Source: Malacoraja senta (Eukaryota). From it: a stretch of DNA of 64,000 nt. Within the stretch, counting starts at the first letter, position 1, and each line of letters starts with the position of its first letter. Shown here piece by piece: positions 36,688 to 49,940 of the stretch. The notes below the pieces were generated by a model. That model searched no databases, was not told the origin of the DNA, and was given only the letters and a program-made list of their open reading frames with translations. Location of the stretch: contig JAXLNO010000385.1 in the NCBI GenBank assembly GCA_038087875.1, positions 930,001 through 994,000 on the forward strand, given 5' to 3'. Made by a program: the position numbers and the translations under genes.

Positions 36688-39600
36688 AGTTGGAGTTGGA
36701 GTTCGAGTTCGAGATAGATTTGAGGGTCGAGATAGAATTCGAGTTCGAGATAGTTCGAGTTAGATTTCAAGTTCGAGCTCGAGTTCGAGTTAAATGAATG
36801 AATGAATGGATGAATGAATGAATGAATGAAAGAATAGCGTTAGAGTTCGAATTCGAATTCGTGTTCGAGATCGAGTTCGAGATAGAGTTCGAGTTCTAGC
36901 GAAAGTTCGAGATAGACTTCGAATTCGAGATAGATTTCGAGTTCGACATAAAGTTTGTGAAAGAGTTCGAGTTCGAGATAGTGTTCGGGTTCGCATTCAA
37001 GTTCGAGCTCGAGTTAGAGTTCAATGAATGAATGAATGAATGAATGAATGAATGAATAAGTTTACTGGCCAAGTATTCGCAAACAACGAATTTGCCTTGG
37101 TGCTCCGCACGTCAGTCGAACTCCAACTCGAGTTCGCGATAGTATATGAGTTCCAGTTTCGCGTTCGAGTTCTAGATAGTTCGAGTTCGAGATAGAGTTC
37201 GAGTTCGAGTTCGTATTCGAGTTCGCAAAGAGTTCGAGATAGATATAGAGTTCGTGATAAAATTCGAGATAGAGTTCGAGTTCGTTCGATTTGGAGTTGG
37301 AGTTGGAGTTCGCGTTCGAGTTCGAGTTCGAGATAGAGTTCGAGTACGAGATACAGTGCGAGTTCGAGTTCGAGTACGAGTTCAAGATAGTTCGAGATCG
37401 AGTTCGAGAGAGTTCGAGTTCGACAGTGATTTCGAGTTCGAGATACAGTAAATGAATGAATGAATGAATGAATGAATGCATAAGTTTATTGGCTATGTAT
37501 TCACATACAAGGAGTTTGTCTTGGTGCTCCGCCCGCAAGTCGATAGGGATAGAGTTCGAGTTCGAGATAGACTTCGTGATAGAATTAGAGTTAGAGTTCG
37601 AGTTCATGTTCGAGTTGGAGTTGGTTCGAGTTCATGTTCGAGTTGGAGTTCAAGTTCAAATTCGTTTGAGTTCGTGTTCGAGTTCGAGTTGAATGAATGA
37701 ATGAATGGATGAAGGAATGAATGAATAAGTTTATTGGGCAAGTATTCACATACAAGGAATTTGCCTTGGTGCTCCGCCCGTAAGTCGAAATCCAACTCGA
37801 GTTCGTGATCGAATTCGAGTTCGAGTTCGAGATAGATTTCGAGTTCGAGATAGAGTTCGAGGTCGAGATAGTTCGAGATTGAATTCGAGTTTTAGCTAGA
37901 GATAGAGTTCGAGTTCAAGATAGAGTTCGAGTTCAAGATAGAGTTCCAGTTTGAGATCGAGTTTTAGATCGAGACCGCGTTCGAGATAGATCGAGATAGA
38001 GCGAGTTCGAGAGAGAGTTCGAGATAGATCGAGTTCGAGCTAAGAGTTAGAGTTAGAGATAGAGTACGAGTTCGAGTTTTGGTTAGAGAGAGTGAGATCG
38101 AGATAGAGTTCGAGTTCGAATTCGAGTTCGAGTTCGAATTCGAGTTCGTGTTCGAGATAGAATAAGAGTTCCAGTTCGAGATAGAATTCGAGTTCGAGTT
38201 CGTTCGAGATCGAGTTCGAGTTGAATGAATGAAAGGATGTATAAGTTTATTGAGTAAGTATTCACCAAGTTTATTGGGCAAGATTTATGCCTTGGTTCTC
38301 CGCCCGAAAGTCGAACCGGAACTCGAGTTCGCGATAGTTGGAGTTCTAGATAGGGTTCGAGATTGAGATAGAGATCGAGATCGAATTCGAGAGAGAGTTC
38401 GAGATAGATTTCGAGATAAATTTCCAGTTCGAGATAGCGTTCGAGTTCGAGATTGAGTTCGAGATAGAGTTCGAGATCGAGATAGAGATCGAGATCGAGT
38501 TCGAGTTAGAGAGAGAGTTCCATATAGAGTTCGAATACAAGATAGTTCGAGTTCGAGTTCAAGATAGTTCGAGTTCGAGTTCGAGTTCGCGTTCGAGATA
38601 GTTCGAGATGGAGTTCGAGTTCGAATTCGAATTTTAGCTAGAAATAGTTCGAGTTCAAGATAGATTTCGAGTTCGAGTTCAAACTAAAGTTCGAGTTCGA
38701 GATCGAGATCGAGTTTGAGATCGAGTTCGCGTTCGAGATAGTTCGTGAGAGAGTTCGAGATAGAGTTCGTTCGAGAGCGAGTTCGAGATATTTCGAGTTC
38801 GAGATAAGTTCGAGTTCGAGATAGTTCGAGTTCGAGATAGAATACGAGTTCGAGTTCGAGTTTTACTTAGAGAGAGAGAGAGAGAGAGAGAGAGATAGTT
38901 CGAGTTCGAATTCGAGATAGAATTCGAGTTCGAGTTCGTTCGAGCTCGAGTTCGAGTTGAATGAATGAAAGAATGTATACATTTATTGACTAAGTATTCA
39001 CCGTTTATTGGCCAAGATTGTTGCCTTGGTGCTCCGCCCGAAAGTCGAACCCGAACTCGAGTTCGAGATAGTTCGAGTTCGAGATAGGGTTCGAGATCGA
39101 GATAAAGATCGCGATCGAGATCGAGTTCGAGATCGAGGGAGAGAGAGAGATAGATTTCGAGGTAAATTTCGAGTTCGAGATAGAGTTCGAGTTCGAGATA
39201 GTTCGAGTTCGAGATAGAGTTCGAGTTCGAGATAGTTCGAGATCGAGTTGAGATCGAGATGGAGTTCGACTTCGAGAGCAAGTTCCAGATAGAGTTCGAG
39301 TTCAAGATAGAGTTCGAGTTTGAGTTCGAGATCGAGTTCGCGTTCGAGATAGTTCGAGATAGAGTTCGAGATAGAGTTCGAGATCGAGATAAGAGTTCGA
39401 GTTCGAGATAGAGTACGAGTTCGAGTTTTAGTTCGAGAGAGAGTTCGAGTTGAAGGAATGAATGAATGAATGACTGAATTAGTTTATTGGCCAAGTATTC
39501 ATAAACAAGAAATTTGCCTTGGTGCTCCGCCCGTAAGTCGAAATCCAACGAGTTCGAGATCGAATTCGAGTTCGAGTTCGAGATAGATTTCGAGTTCGAG

Positions 39601-41288
39601 TTCGAGATAGATTTCGAGTTCGAGATAAAGTTCGAGGTCGGGATAGTTCAAATTCGAATTCCAGTTTTAGCTAGAGATAGAGTTCGAGTTCAAGATAAAT
39701 TTTGAGATCGAATTCAAGATAAAGTTCGAGTTCGAGATCGAGATCTAGTTTGAGATCGAGTTCGTGTTTGAGATAGTTCGAGATAGACTTCGAGATAGAG
39801 TTCGTTCGAGAGAGATTTCGAGATATTTCGAAATCGAGTTCGAGATAGTTCGAGTTCGAGATAGGGTACGAGTTCGAGTTTTAGTTAGAGAGAGAGTTCG
39901 AGATAGACTTCGAGTTCAAGTTGGAGTTCGAGTTCGAGTTGGAGTTCGAGTTCGAGATAGAGTTCGAGGTAGAGTTCGAGTTCGAGTTAAAGTTCGAGCT
40001 CGAGTTCGAGTTAAATGAATGTATGAATGAATGAATACGTTTATTGGCCAAGTATTCACATACAAGGAATTTGCCTTGGTGCTCCGCCGGGAGCTCGAAT
40101 TCCAACTCGAGTTCGAGATCGATTTCTAGTTCGGGTTCGAGATAGACTTCGAGTTCCAGATAGAGTTCGAGGCCGAGATATTTAGTTCGAATTCGAGTTT
40201 TAGCTGGAGATAGAGTTCGAGTTCAAGATAGAGTTCGAGTTCGAGTTCGAGATCGAGTTCGCGCTCGAGATAGTTCGGGATAGTTCGAGTTGGAGTTCGA
40301 GTTCGAGAGACAGTTCGAGATATAGTTCGAGATAAGAGTTCGAGTTCGAGTTCGAGTTCGAGTTCGAGTTCGAGTTGACTGAATGTATGAATGATGAAGG
40401 GATGAATGAATGTATAAAAGAATGAATGAATGAATGAATGAATGAATGAAAGAATGAATGAATGAATGAATGAATGAATGAATGAATGAATGAATAAATA
40501 CATTTATTGGCCAAGTATTCACATACAAGGAATTTGCCTTGGTGCTCCGCTAGCAAGAACTCCAACTCGAGTTCGAGATTAGGTTCGAGTTCGATTTCGA
40601 GTTCGAGTTCGTTAGAGATAGAGTTTGTGATAGAGTTCGAGTTCGAGTTGGAGATAGAGTTCGAGTTCAAGTTCGGTTGGAGTTGGAGTTCGAGATAGTT
40701 CGATTTCGAGGTGGAGTTCGAGTTCAAGAAACAGTTCAAGTTCGAGATCGAGTTCGCGATAGAGTTCGAGTTCGAGATAGATGTTGATGTCGCGATAGTT
40801 GGAGTTCACGATACAGTTCGAGTTCTAATTCGAGTTCGAGATCGAGATCGAGTTCGCGATAGAGTTCGAGTTGAATGAATGAATGAATGAATGAATGAAT
40901 GAATGAATAAATGAATGAATGAATGAATGAATACATTTATTGGCCAAGTATTCACAAACAAGGAATTTGCTTTGCTGGTCCGCCAGCAAGTCGAACTCCA
41001 ACTCGAGTTCGAGATAGAGTTCGAGCTCGTATTCGAGTTCGAGTTCGAGTTCGAATGCGAGTTCGAGATAGAGTGCGAGTTCGAGAGAAAGTTCGAGAGA
41101 GAATTCGAGATAGAGTGCGAGTTCGAGATCGAGTTCGAGATCGAGTTCGAGTTCGAGAGAAATTTCGAGAGAGAGTTCGAGATAGTGCGAGTTCGAGTTC
41201 GAGATCGAGTTCGAGATCGAGTTCGAGTTCGAGAGAAAGTTCGAGAGAGAGTTCGAGATCGAGAAGAGTTCGAGTTCGAGTCGAGAGA
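36688..41288 (-). repeat. Satellite array with cassettes, collinear in part with 21220-25400
   Basis: Same order of diagnostic cassette variants, e.g. double-TTTATT cassettes at ~38245 and ~38985. Confidence 0.92.
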
Positions 41289-42010
41289 GTTTATTTTATT
41301 TTTATTTTATTTTATTGTTTATTTCGAACAGAATAAAAGAATTTAAAAAAAGTGTGAAACAGCATTCAAAAAAACAAAACAAGAATATTTATAGTGTCAT
41401 AAACAATATCTATAAATAAATGAAATCGTATGTGTCCGAAAAGTAGCAGGAAGAAGCCAAAGCTTATTAATTCCCACCCCCTTATTCAACTGCTTATAAT
41501 TATCTTATACACATTTAGCAGCTATATGTGCACCATATGTACACCAGCAGCTATATGTACACCAAATTATTTACATTTATACACTAATCAAATATTTACA
41601 AAGCCATACAAAATAAGAGAGAAAAAAGAAAAAAGAAAAGAAAAAACCCTCATATACTACACAGTATCCCTGTCATACATACAACCCGTAACTCTCATAT
41701 ACTATACAGTCATATATACAACCCATCACCCTATAATCACCCTTCCCGATACAATCAGTATAACAAATATCCCACTCACAATCACCGATCCTCATCCCAA
41801 TATCCTTTAAAAAAAGTTTTGTACATCTTTTTAAACTGAATTATGTTTGTGCTAAGCTTTATCTCCTGTTCCAGCCCATTCCACAAATTCACCCCACAGA
41901 TTGCTATGCACATAATTTAAAGAGTTCTTCTGACATTGAGTTTTTTTTTAAATTATTTTCCCCTCACAAATTATACCCACCCTGTCTTTCCATAAACAGT
42001 TTTTCTCCAG
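41289..42010 (-). mobile_element. CR1/L2-group (Crack-like) LINE 3' end
   Basis: Minus strand encodes ICGVNLWNGLEQEIKLSTNIIQFKK; followed by a 3' UTR and an A-rich (AAAAT)n tail at ~41290-41320. Confidence 0.65.
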
Positions 42011-42238
42011 TTCAAGATCAAGTTCGAGCTCGAGTTCGAATTGAATGAATGAATGAATGAATGAATGAATGAATGAATGAATGAATGAATGAATGAACAC
42101 GTTTCTTGGCCTAGTACTCACATACAGGGAAGTTGCCTTGGTGCTCCGCCCGCAAGTCGAACTCAAACTCGAGTTCGAGATAGAGTTCGAGTTCGAGATA
42201 GAGAACGAGTTCGCGTTCGAGTTCGAGTTCGAGTTCGA

Positions 42239-43557
42239 AGAATCAAGAATCAAGAGAGTTTATTGTCATGTGGCCCTGATAGGACAATGAAATTCTTGCT
42301 TTGCTTCAGCACAACAGAATATAGTAGGCATTGACTACAAAACAGACCAGTGTGTCCATATACCATTATCTACGTAAAAAGTACAAATAACAGATAATGG
42401 ACTATTAATGTTCAGAGTTTTGTCCGAGCCAAGTTTAAAAGCCTGATGGCTGTGGGGAAGTAGCTATTCCTGAACCTGGTCATTGCAGTCTTCAGGCTCC
42501 TGTACCTTCTATCTGAAGATGGAAGGGAGGTCAGAGCCGATGATGAACTGGGCCCTCTACTGTGCACCTGTAGAAGTTCGAGAGCGTCCTCCTTGACAAA
42601 CTGACCCTCCGTAATCTTCTCAGGAAGTAGAGGCGCTGATGCGCTTTCTTAATAATTGCATCAGTGTTCTCGGACCAGGAAAGATCTTCAGAGATGTGCA
42701 CGCCCAGGAATTTGAAGCTCTTGACCCTTTCGTCCAACGACCCGTTGATATAAACGGGCCTGTGTGTCCCCATCCTACTCCTTCCAAAGTCCACAATCAG
42801 ATCCTTGGTTTTGCTGGTGTTGAGGGCCAGGTTAGTGTGCTGGCACCATATGGACAGTTGCTCGATCTCTCTTCTATACTCTGACTCATCCCCATCAGTG
42901 ATACGTCCCACAACAGTGGTGTCGTCAGCGAATTTGATGATGGAGTTCGCACTATGACTGGCTACGCAGTCATGATTATAGAGTGAGTACAGCAGGGGGC
43001 AGAGCACGCAGCCTTGAGGTGCTCCCGTGCTGATTGTTATCCAGTCTGACACGTTTCCACCAATACGAACACACTGTGGTCTGTGAATGAGGAAGTCGAG
43101 GACCCAATTGCAGAGGGATGCGCAGAGACCCAGTTCTGCGAGTTTGGTAACCAGCTTGGAGGGGATGATTGTATTAAATGCCGAGCTGTAATCAATGAAT
43201 AACAGCCTGACATATGAGTTTTTGTTGTCAAAGTGGTCCAGAGCGGAGTGGAGGGCCAGCAAGATCGCATCCACCATGGATCTGTTGTGGCGGTAATCGA
43301 ACTGCAGTGGGTCCAGGTTTTTGTCGAGGTAGGAGTTGATTTACGCCAAGATCAACCTCTCAAAGCACTTCATCACCACAGGCGTTAGTGCCACTGGTCG
43401 ATAGTCATTGAGGCACGTCACTTACTCATCGTGGGCACCGGTATAATTGATGCCCTTTTGAAGCAGGTGGGAACCTCGAACCTCAAAAGTGAGAGGTTGA
43501 AAATATCCGTAAAATGTCCAGTCAGTTGGTCCGCACAGGTTTTTTCGAACACGACCA
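42239..43557 (-). mobile_element. Rex1/Babar LINE 3' portion with (CTTGATT)n tail
   Basis: ORF 42531-43277 with [18 protein letters not shown] and FADDTT; ends GACAATAAACTCTCTTGATTCTTGATT on the minus strand. Confidence 0.92.
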
Positions 43558-44620
43558 GTTCGAATTGGAGTTGCAGATCGAGATAGTTCGAGTTCGAGAT
43601 ATAGTTCGAGTTCGAGAGAGAGTGCGAGATACAGTTAGAGTTCAAATTCGAATTCGAGTTCGAGTTCAAGTTCGAGCTCGAGATGGTGTTCGAAATAGAG
43701 TTCGAGGTCGAGATGGTGTTCGAGATAGAGTTCGTGTTCGACAGAGAGTTCGATATAAAGTTCGAGATCGAGTTCGAGATCGAGTTCGAGTTCGAGTTCG
43801 AGTTCGAGTTGATTGAATGAATAAACGAATGAATACGTTTATTGGTCAAGTATTCACATACAAGGAATTTGCCTTGGTGCTCCGCCCGCAAGTCCAACTC
43901 GAACTCGAGTTCAAGATAGAATACGAGTTCGAGTTCTATTTTAAATTCGAGTTCGAGTTCGAATTCGAGTTCGAGTTCGAGTTCGGGTTCGGGTTCGAAT
44001 TCGAATTCGAATTCAGTTTCGAGCGAGTTCGAGTTCGAATTCGAGTTCGAGTTCGAGTTCGACGATTGCGAGTTCGAGTTCGAGTTCGAGTTCGAGTTCG
44101 AGTTCGAATTCGAGGTCGAGTTCGAATTCGAATTCGAGTTCAAGTTCGAGTTCGAGTTCGAGTTCGAGTTCGAGTTCGAGTTCGAGTTCGAGTTCGAGTT
44201 CGAGTTCGAGTTCGAATTCGAGTTCGAGTTCGAGTTCGCGTTCCAGTTCGAGCTCGAATTCGGTTCGAGTCGAGGAATCGAGTCGAGTTCGAGTTCGAGT
44301 TCGAGTTCGAGTTCGAGTTCGAGTTCGAGTTCGAGTTCGAGTTCGAGTTCCGAGTTCGAGTTCGAGTTCGAGTTCGAGATCGAGTTCGAGTTCGAGTTCG
44401 AGTACGATTTCGAGTTCGAGATAGAGTTCGAGTTCGAGATAGAGTTCGAGTTCGAGTTGAATGAATGAATGAATGAATGAACACGTTTCTTGGCCTAGTG
44501 CTCACATACAGGGAAGTTGCCTTGGTGCTCCGCCCGCAAGTCGGACTCAAACTCGAGTTCGAGATAGAGTTCCAGTTCGAGATAGAGAACGAGTTCGCGT
44601 TCGAGTTCGAGTTCGAGTTC
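43558..44620 (-). repeat. Satellite including a near-pure (GAGTTC)n tract
   Basis: Long runs of perfect GAGTTC at ~44050-44460; cassettes at ~43869 and ~44517. Confidence 0.95.
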
Positions 44621-45685
44621 AAGAATCAAGAATCAAGAGAGTTTATTGTCATGTGTCCCTGATAGCACAATGAAATTCTTGCATTGCTTCAGCACAACAG
44701 AACATAGTAGGCATTGACTACAAAACAGACCAGTGTGTCCATATACCATTATCTACGTAAAAAGTACAAATAACAGATAATGGACTATTAATGTTCAGAG
44801 TTGTGTCCGAGCCAAGTTTAAAAGCCTGGTGGCTGTGCGGAAGTAGCTATTCCTGAACCTGATCATTCCAGTCTTCAGGCTCCAGTACCTTCTATCTGAA
44901 GATGGAAGGGAGGTCAGAGCCGATGATGGACTGGGCAGTGTTTACTACTTTTTGTAGTATTTTCCTCTCCAGGGCGCTCAAGTTGCCGAACCAAGTAACA
45001 CTGCAACCGGTCAGAATGCTCTTTGCTGTGCACCTGTAGAAGTTCGAGAGCGTCCTCCTTGACAAACTGACCCTCCGTAATCTTCGCTGGAAGTAGAGGC
45101 GCTGATGTGCTTTCTTAATAATTGCATCAGTGTTCTCGGACCAGGAAAGATCTTCAGAGATGTGCACGCCCATGAATTAGAAGCTCTTGACCCTTTCAAC
45201 CATCGACGCGTTGATATAAACGGGACTGTGGGTGCCCATCCTACTCCTTCCAAAGTCCACAATCAGTTCCTCGGTTTTGCTGGTGTTGAGGGCCAAGTTA
45301 TTGTGCTGGCACCATATGGAGAGTCGCTCGATCTCTCTTCTAAACTCTGACATCCCCATCAGTGATACGTCCCACAACAGTGGTGTCGTCAGCGAACCTG
45401 ATGATGGAGTTCGCACTATGACTGGCTACGCCGTCATGAGTATAGTGTGAGTACAGCAGGGGGCTGAGCACGCAGCCTAGAGGTGCTCCCGCGCTGATTG
45501 TTATCCAGTCTGACACATTTCCACCAATACGAACAGACTGTGGTCTGTGAATGAGGAAGTCGAGGATCCAATTGCAGAGGGATGCGCAGAGAGCCAATTC
45601 TGCGAGTTTGGTAACCAGCTTGGAGGGGATGATTGTATTAAATGCCGAGCTGTAATCAATGAATAACAGCCTGACATATGAGTTT
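44621..45685 (-). mobile_element. Rex1/Babar 3' portion, duplicate of 42239-43220
   Basis: Same tail, same UTR, same upstream cassette variant (GAACACGTTTCTTGGCCTAGT). Confidence 0.9.
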
Positions 45686-46160
<475 letters not shown>

Positions 46161-46169
46161 TTGTTGATT

Positions 46170-46351
46170 TGTAGTCATAATAACAATGGCCTTACACCAT
46201 GTCAGGTTATATAGAGTTTATTGGTTACAAGCACTACAACTTCTCACTTAGGAGTTCAACTTAAGATTAACGGAATGCAGCAGACCGCGACGCTAACAAG
46301 CTAGTGGGCGTAACTACAAATGCAAGACATAGCTCGAGGCACGAATCTACA
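46170..46351 (-). mobile_element. 3' LTR of a Gypsy element (182 bp)
   Basis: TGTAG…CTACA inverted termini; internal AATAAA on minus; polypurine tract AAGAGGGGGA (minus) abuts at 46352-46361. Confidence 0.8.
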
Positions 46352-46979
46352 TCCCCCTCTTAAAGAATCAATAACGATGTATATCCATAACTAAGCAAAG
46401 CAAATATCACAACCGATGACTGACTGGTGGAAAGTGAAACATAGTCCGGATACATCACGAGCGGCCTGCAAACACGACCGGGACGTTTACGATAGAGGCC
46501 ATCTCCATTATTTTTCTCTGGGGAAAAAACAGGCGATGTCACCGTCGTGGGGGAGTGGACAAACGTCCCTGGAGTCGAAGCAGGAGAATGTGGCGCACGC
46601 GAAGATGGAACAGACAGAGGAACTGTCGCAGGCATGGATTGTTGTGCTGGCAACAGCATGCGGGGGTCACTAGATGCAGATTTAAATTAACTTGTACGAT
46701 CCGGATTATAAGGAGGAGGGATTGACTCGTTCACAGGCAGAAGATGCTGTCTGTTGCGTCAGTAGGTGCCGCCATCGGCTCGAACAATGTACCAGCGTGG
46801 CTCCGAAGCGGGACCAGACACCACCCCAATACGATCATGGCCTTTGTCAGCCTGTAAGAGGACCACCTGTCCTTTGGTCAATGGTGGCAGTGCTTACTCG
46901 TCTTGTCGAACCATTTCTTTTGAACGTCACGCTTTTGTTGCAAGCTGGATTGAACCTCCTTTGGCGGAAACACATGTGG

Positions 46980-47655
46980 GGTTAATGTTTGCTCCGCTAC
47001 GGGCAGCGTGGAGGAGGAGAGAGAAGAGGGGTGAGAGACGAGGATAGAGAAGGGAGAAAGAGAAGGGAGAGAGAGAGAAGAGAGAGAGGGGAGAGGGAAG
47101 AGAGAAGGGGGAGACGTGAGCGTGGGGTTCATTTTCGCACACAAGCCATAGGTGACTGGGCAATCTGAACCCAAGCACCATGTTGAAAGCGGCCGAATGT
47201 GTGCATTCCTCGGAACAGCCGCCATTCTCCCACGGCCACCCTCCGTGGGCTGCGGGTCGGGTGGAGCGGAGGTTTGGGACAATGTTCATGCCTTCACAGT
47301 GATGTGATGGACGCGGAGGTCTGGACAAATCGCTGACAAGTCCGTTATTGGACTCTTCTGTTGAGCGGCAGTCGGTCCTTAGGCTTGTTGGCGACGCCGC
47401 CTTTCGGGTAGGTGGCGTTTTGACAGAACGGCCATTCGGTAAGTTTGCTTTTCGGCGTCGCAGCTTTTCGGTTCGTTGACTTTTAGGCGTCCCGCCCTTT
47501 CGGTTAGTTTGCACTTAGGCATCCCGTCCTTTCGGTTAGTAGGCGTTTCGTCTTCGGACTCTTTCAGTTTATTGGCGTTTCGGCATCGTTTCCATTCGGT
47601 TCTTTGGTTTCGACTTCTTTGCTTCGGCTTCTTGTCTGTCGGCGCCACGTCTGGG
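46980..47655. other. Unclassified insert within Gypsy pol, replacing most of the integrase; short internal repeats resemble DNA-transposon subterminal repeats
   Basis: Non-Gypsy sequence with recurring TTTCGG/TTCGGT motifs and a purine-rich tract at 47010-47115; no clear TIR or TSD. Confidence 0.4.
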
Positions 47656-47858
47656 TATCATCTGGCCAGCCGTGCTTAATGACAGAAGTTAGCGACCGTA
47701 GGGTCTTGTCTGTCGGCGCCACGTCTGGGTATCATCTGGCCAGCCGTGCTTAATGACAGGAGTTAGCGACCGTAGGGTCTTGTCTCTCGGCGCCTCGTCT
47801 AGGTATCATCTGGCCAGCCGTGCTTAATGACAGAAGTTAACGACCGTAGGGTCTTGTC
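47631..47858. repeat. 74-bp tandem triplication at the Gypsy/insert junction
   Basis: Units start with CTTGTC at 47631, 47705 and 47779; a fourth CTTGTC is at 47853. Confidence 0.92.
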
Positions 47859-49940
47859 GCTGGCAGTCTGGGCAACCAGGTCCTCCATCCAAGATGAATG
47901 GATGAAGGATACAATCATCACGATAAAGTCATCACGATAAGGTCGTCCGAGGTGCATGTGAAATAGTGTCCGCCACATATCCATTCCACGTTTGTAAGTC
48001 AGGACGATGTCATATTTTTGAAGTTGTAGTAACATCCGTTGTGGGCGCGCAGGACAGTTATGATTAGGTTTATTGGAAATGCTGATAAGAGGTTGGTGTT
48101 CGGTTTTAATTGTAATAGTGCGACCAAAGATGACATCGTTGAACATTTTGCAGGCGAACATAACCGCAAACAGCTCTTCTTCGATTTGGGCGAATCGTTG
48201 TTCTGTGTCAGACATGGTTCGCGAGGCCTAGGCGACAGGTTTATTGTCATGGCCATCATTCTGAAGGCATGCAGCGCGCAGCCCGTGTTGTGAGGCGGCA
48301 CATGGCACCTGGCAGTAATAGGCAGTCTAGGATCAAAGTCCGCTAGAGTAGGGGTGGACGACATCTGCCGTTTAAGAATGTCAAATGCTGTCTGTTGTTG
48401 CTCATGCCAGGTCTAAGCAGAGTCGTTGTGTGTGAGATGGCGCAATGGGGCTGATATTTCGATGAAATCTGGAATGAATTTGCTCAAATAGTTACCATGC
48501 CAAGGGACCTCTGTAAACTGAGCACGTCTGTGGGTGCTAGAAGCTCATTAATTGCACTGGTTTTCCCTGGATCCGTTTTTAGGCCGTCTTTGGTAAATAT
48601 ATGGCCTAAGTATTTTACCTCATTCACTCTAAATTTGCATTTTTTAGGATTTAGCTTCAGATGGATGGCTTCTGCACGCCTCCATACTTTTGTCAGATTG
48701 GCATCGTGCTCCTGGACCGTTTTCCCAGCAATGAGGATATCGTCCACTGCGATGGAGCATGGGGTATCCTGCAAACAATTGTTCCATGGATTGTTGAAAT
48801 ACTTCACTGGCAGAACTTATACCAAAAGGCATCCTCAGAAATTTATGGCGTCCGAATGGAGTACTGAAAGTTGTCAACTTGGAGGAGTTATGTTCCAGTG
48901 GAATCTGCCAGAATGAGCTCTTGGCATCTTGCACTGTGAATATAGTTGCTTCAGCCATCTGCGCCGCAATCTCGTCCACAGAGCACATAGGATAACGCGC
49001 CGTTTTAATTACTGTATTTAGGTCCTTGGGTTTGATACAGATCCGTATCTCATCTCTGTTGTTCTTAGAAGCGACAACCATTCTGGAGACCCAGTTCGAG
49101 GGGTCAGTTACGTTAGTAATCTCACCGAGTCACCATTCTGTTAAGTTCACTTTGAACGCGATCCCCATAGCGTGGGGAATCTTGTGAGCCGGACGAACAA
49201 TTGGGATTGCCTCAGGGTCAATAGTAATCGTGGATCTAACAGGCAACTTGCCCAGCTTATCATTACACAAATGCTTGTATTGTGTTAGAATTTGATGTGT
49301 AAAATCATAGTCTGTAGATAGTGGACAGACAGAAGGGCCGAAAGAAACTAAACCCATGTCTAGGCAGGCATCGGCACCCGGTATGGATGGTACCTTCTCG
49401 CGTACCACGTAGAAATCCAGGATGTGGTCACGTGAGTTGAGACAGCTACGTAACTCTACTTGGCCGATAGGGTGTAGTCGAGAACCATCAAACGAGACAA
49501 GTGATGCAGTTGTATGTTAAAGTTTCTGTGTTTTTCAGCATCTGGAAGACAGCCAAAGAGATTACATTGCAGCGCGCCCCCGTCGACCTTGACATAAAGG
49601 GTTCTGCCATTAATAAGCAATGCAACCTTGGGATCTAGGCGGTTGTGCACTGAATTAGACAAAGCATTAACATCAATCTCTGCTCTATCGCCATCTGTTT
49701 GTACATCCATGGGAACTAGGTGAGCGAACTCGGAGCTTGAATATTCATTATGGTTTGGCGAGTTGACAGACTGTGTCATTTGAAATCTGTCACTGCGTGA
49801 ACGACAGCATTTGACGAAATTGTTTCTTTTATTGTAGAATCGACAGTTTTCCATACGCAGGGCACCGGCGAACTGCAATATGTGAACCCCCACAGTTAAA
49901 ACAATTAGCGATCAATCTTAGGTTATTAGCTGGCCCCTGT

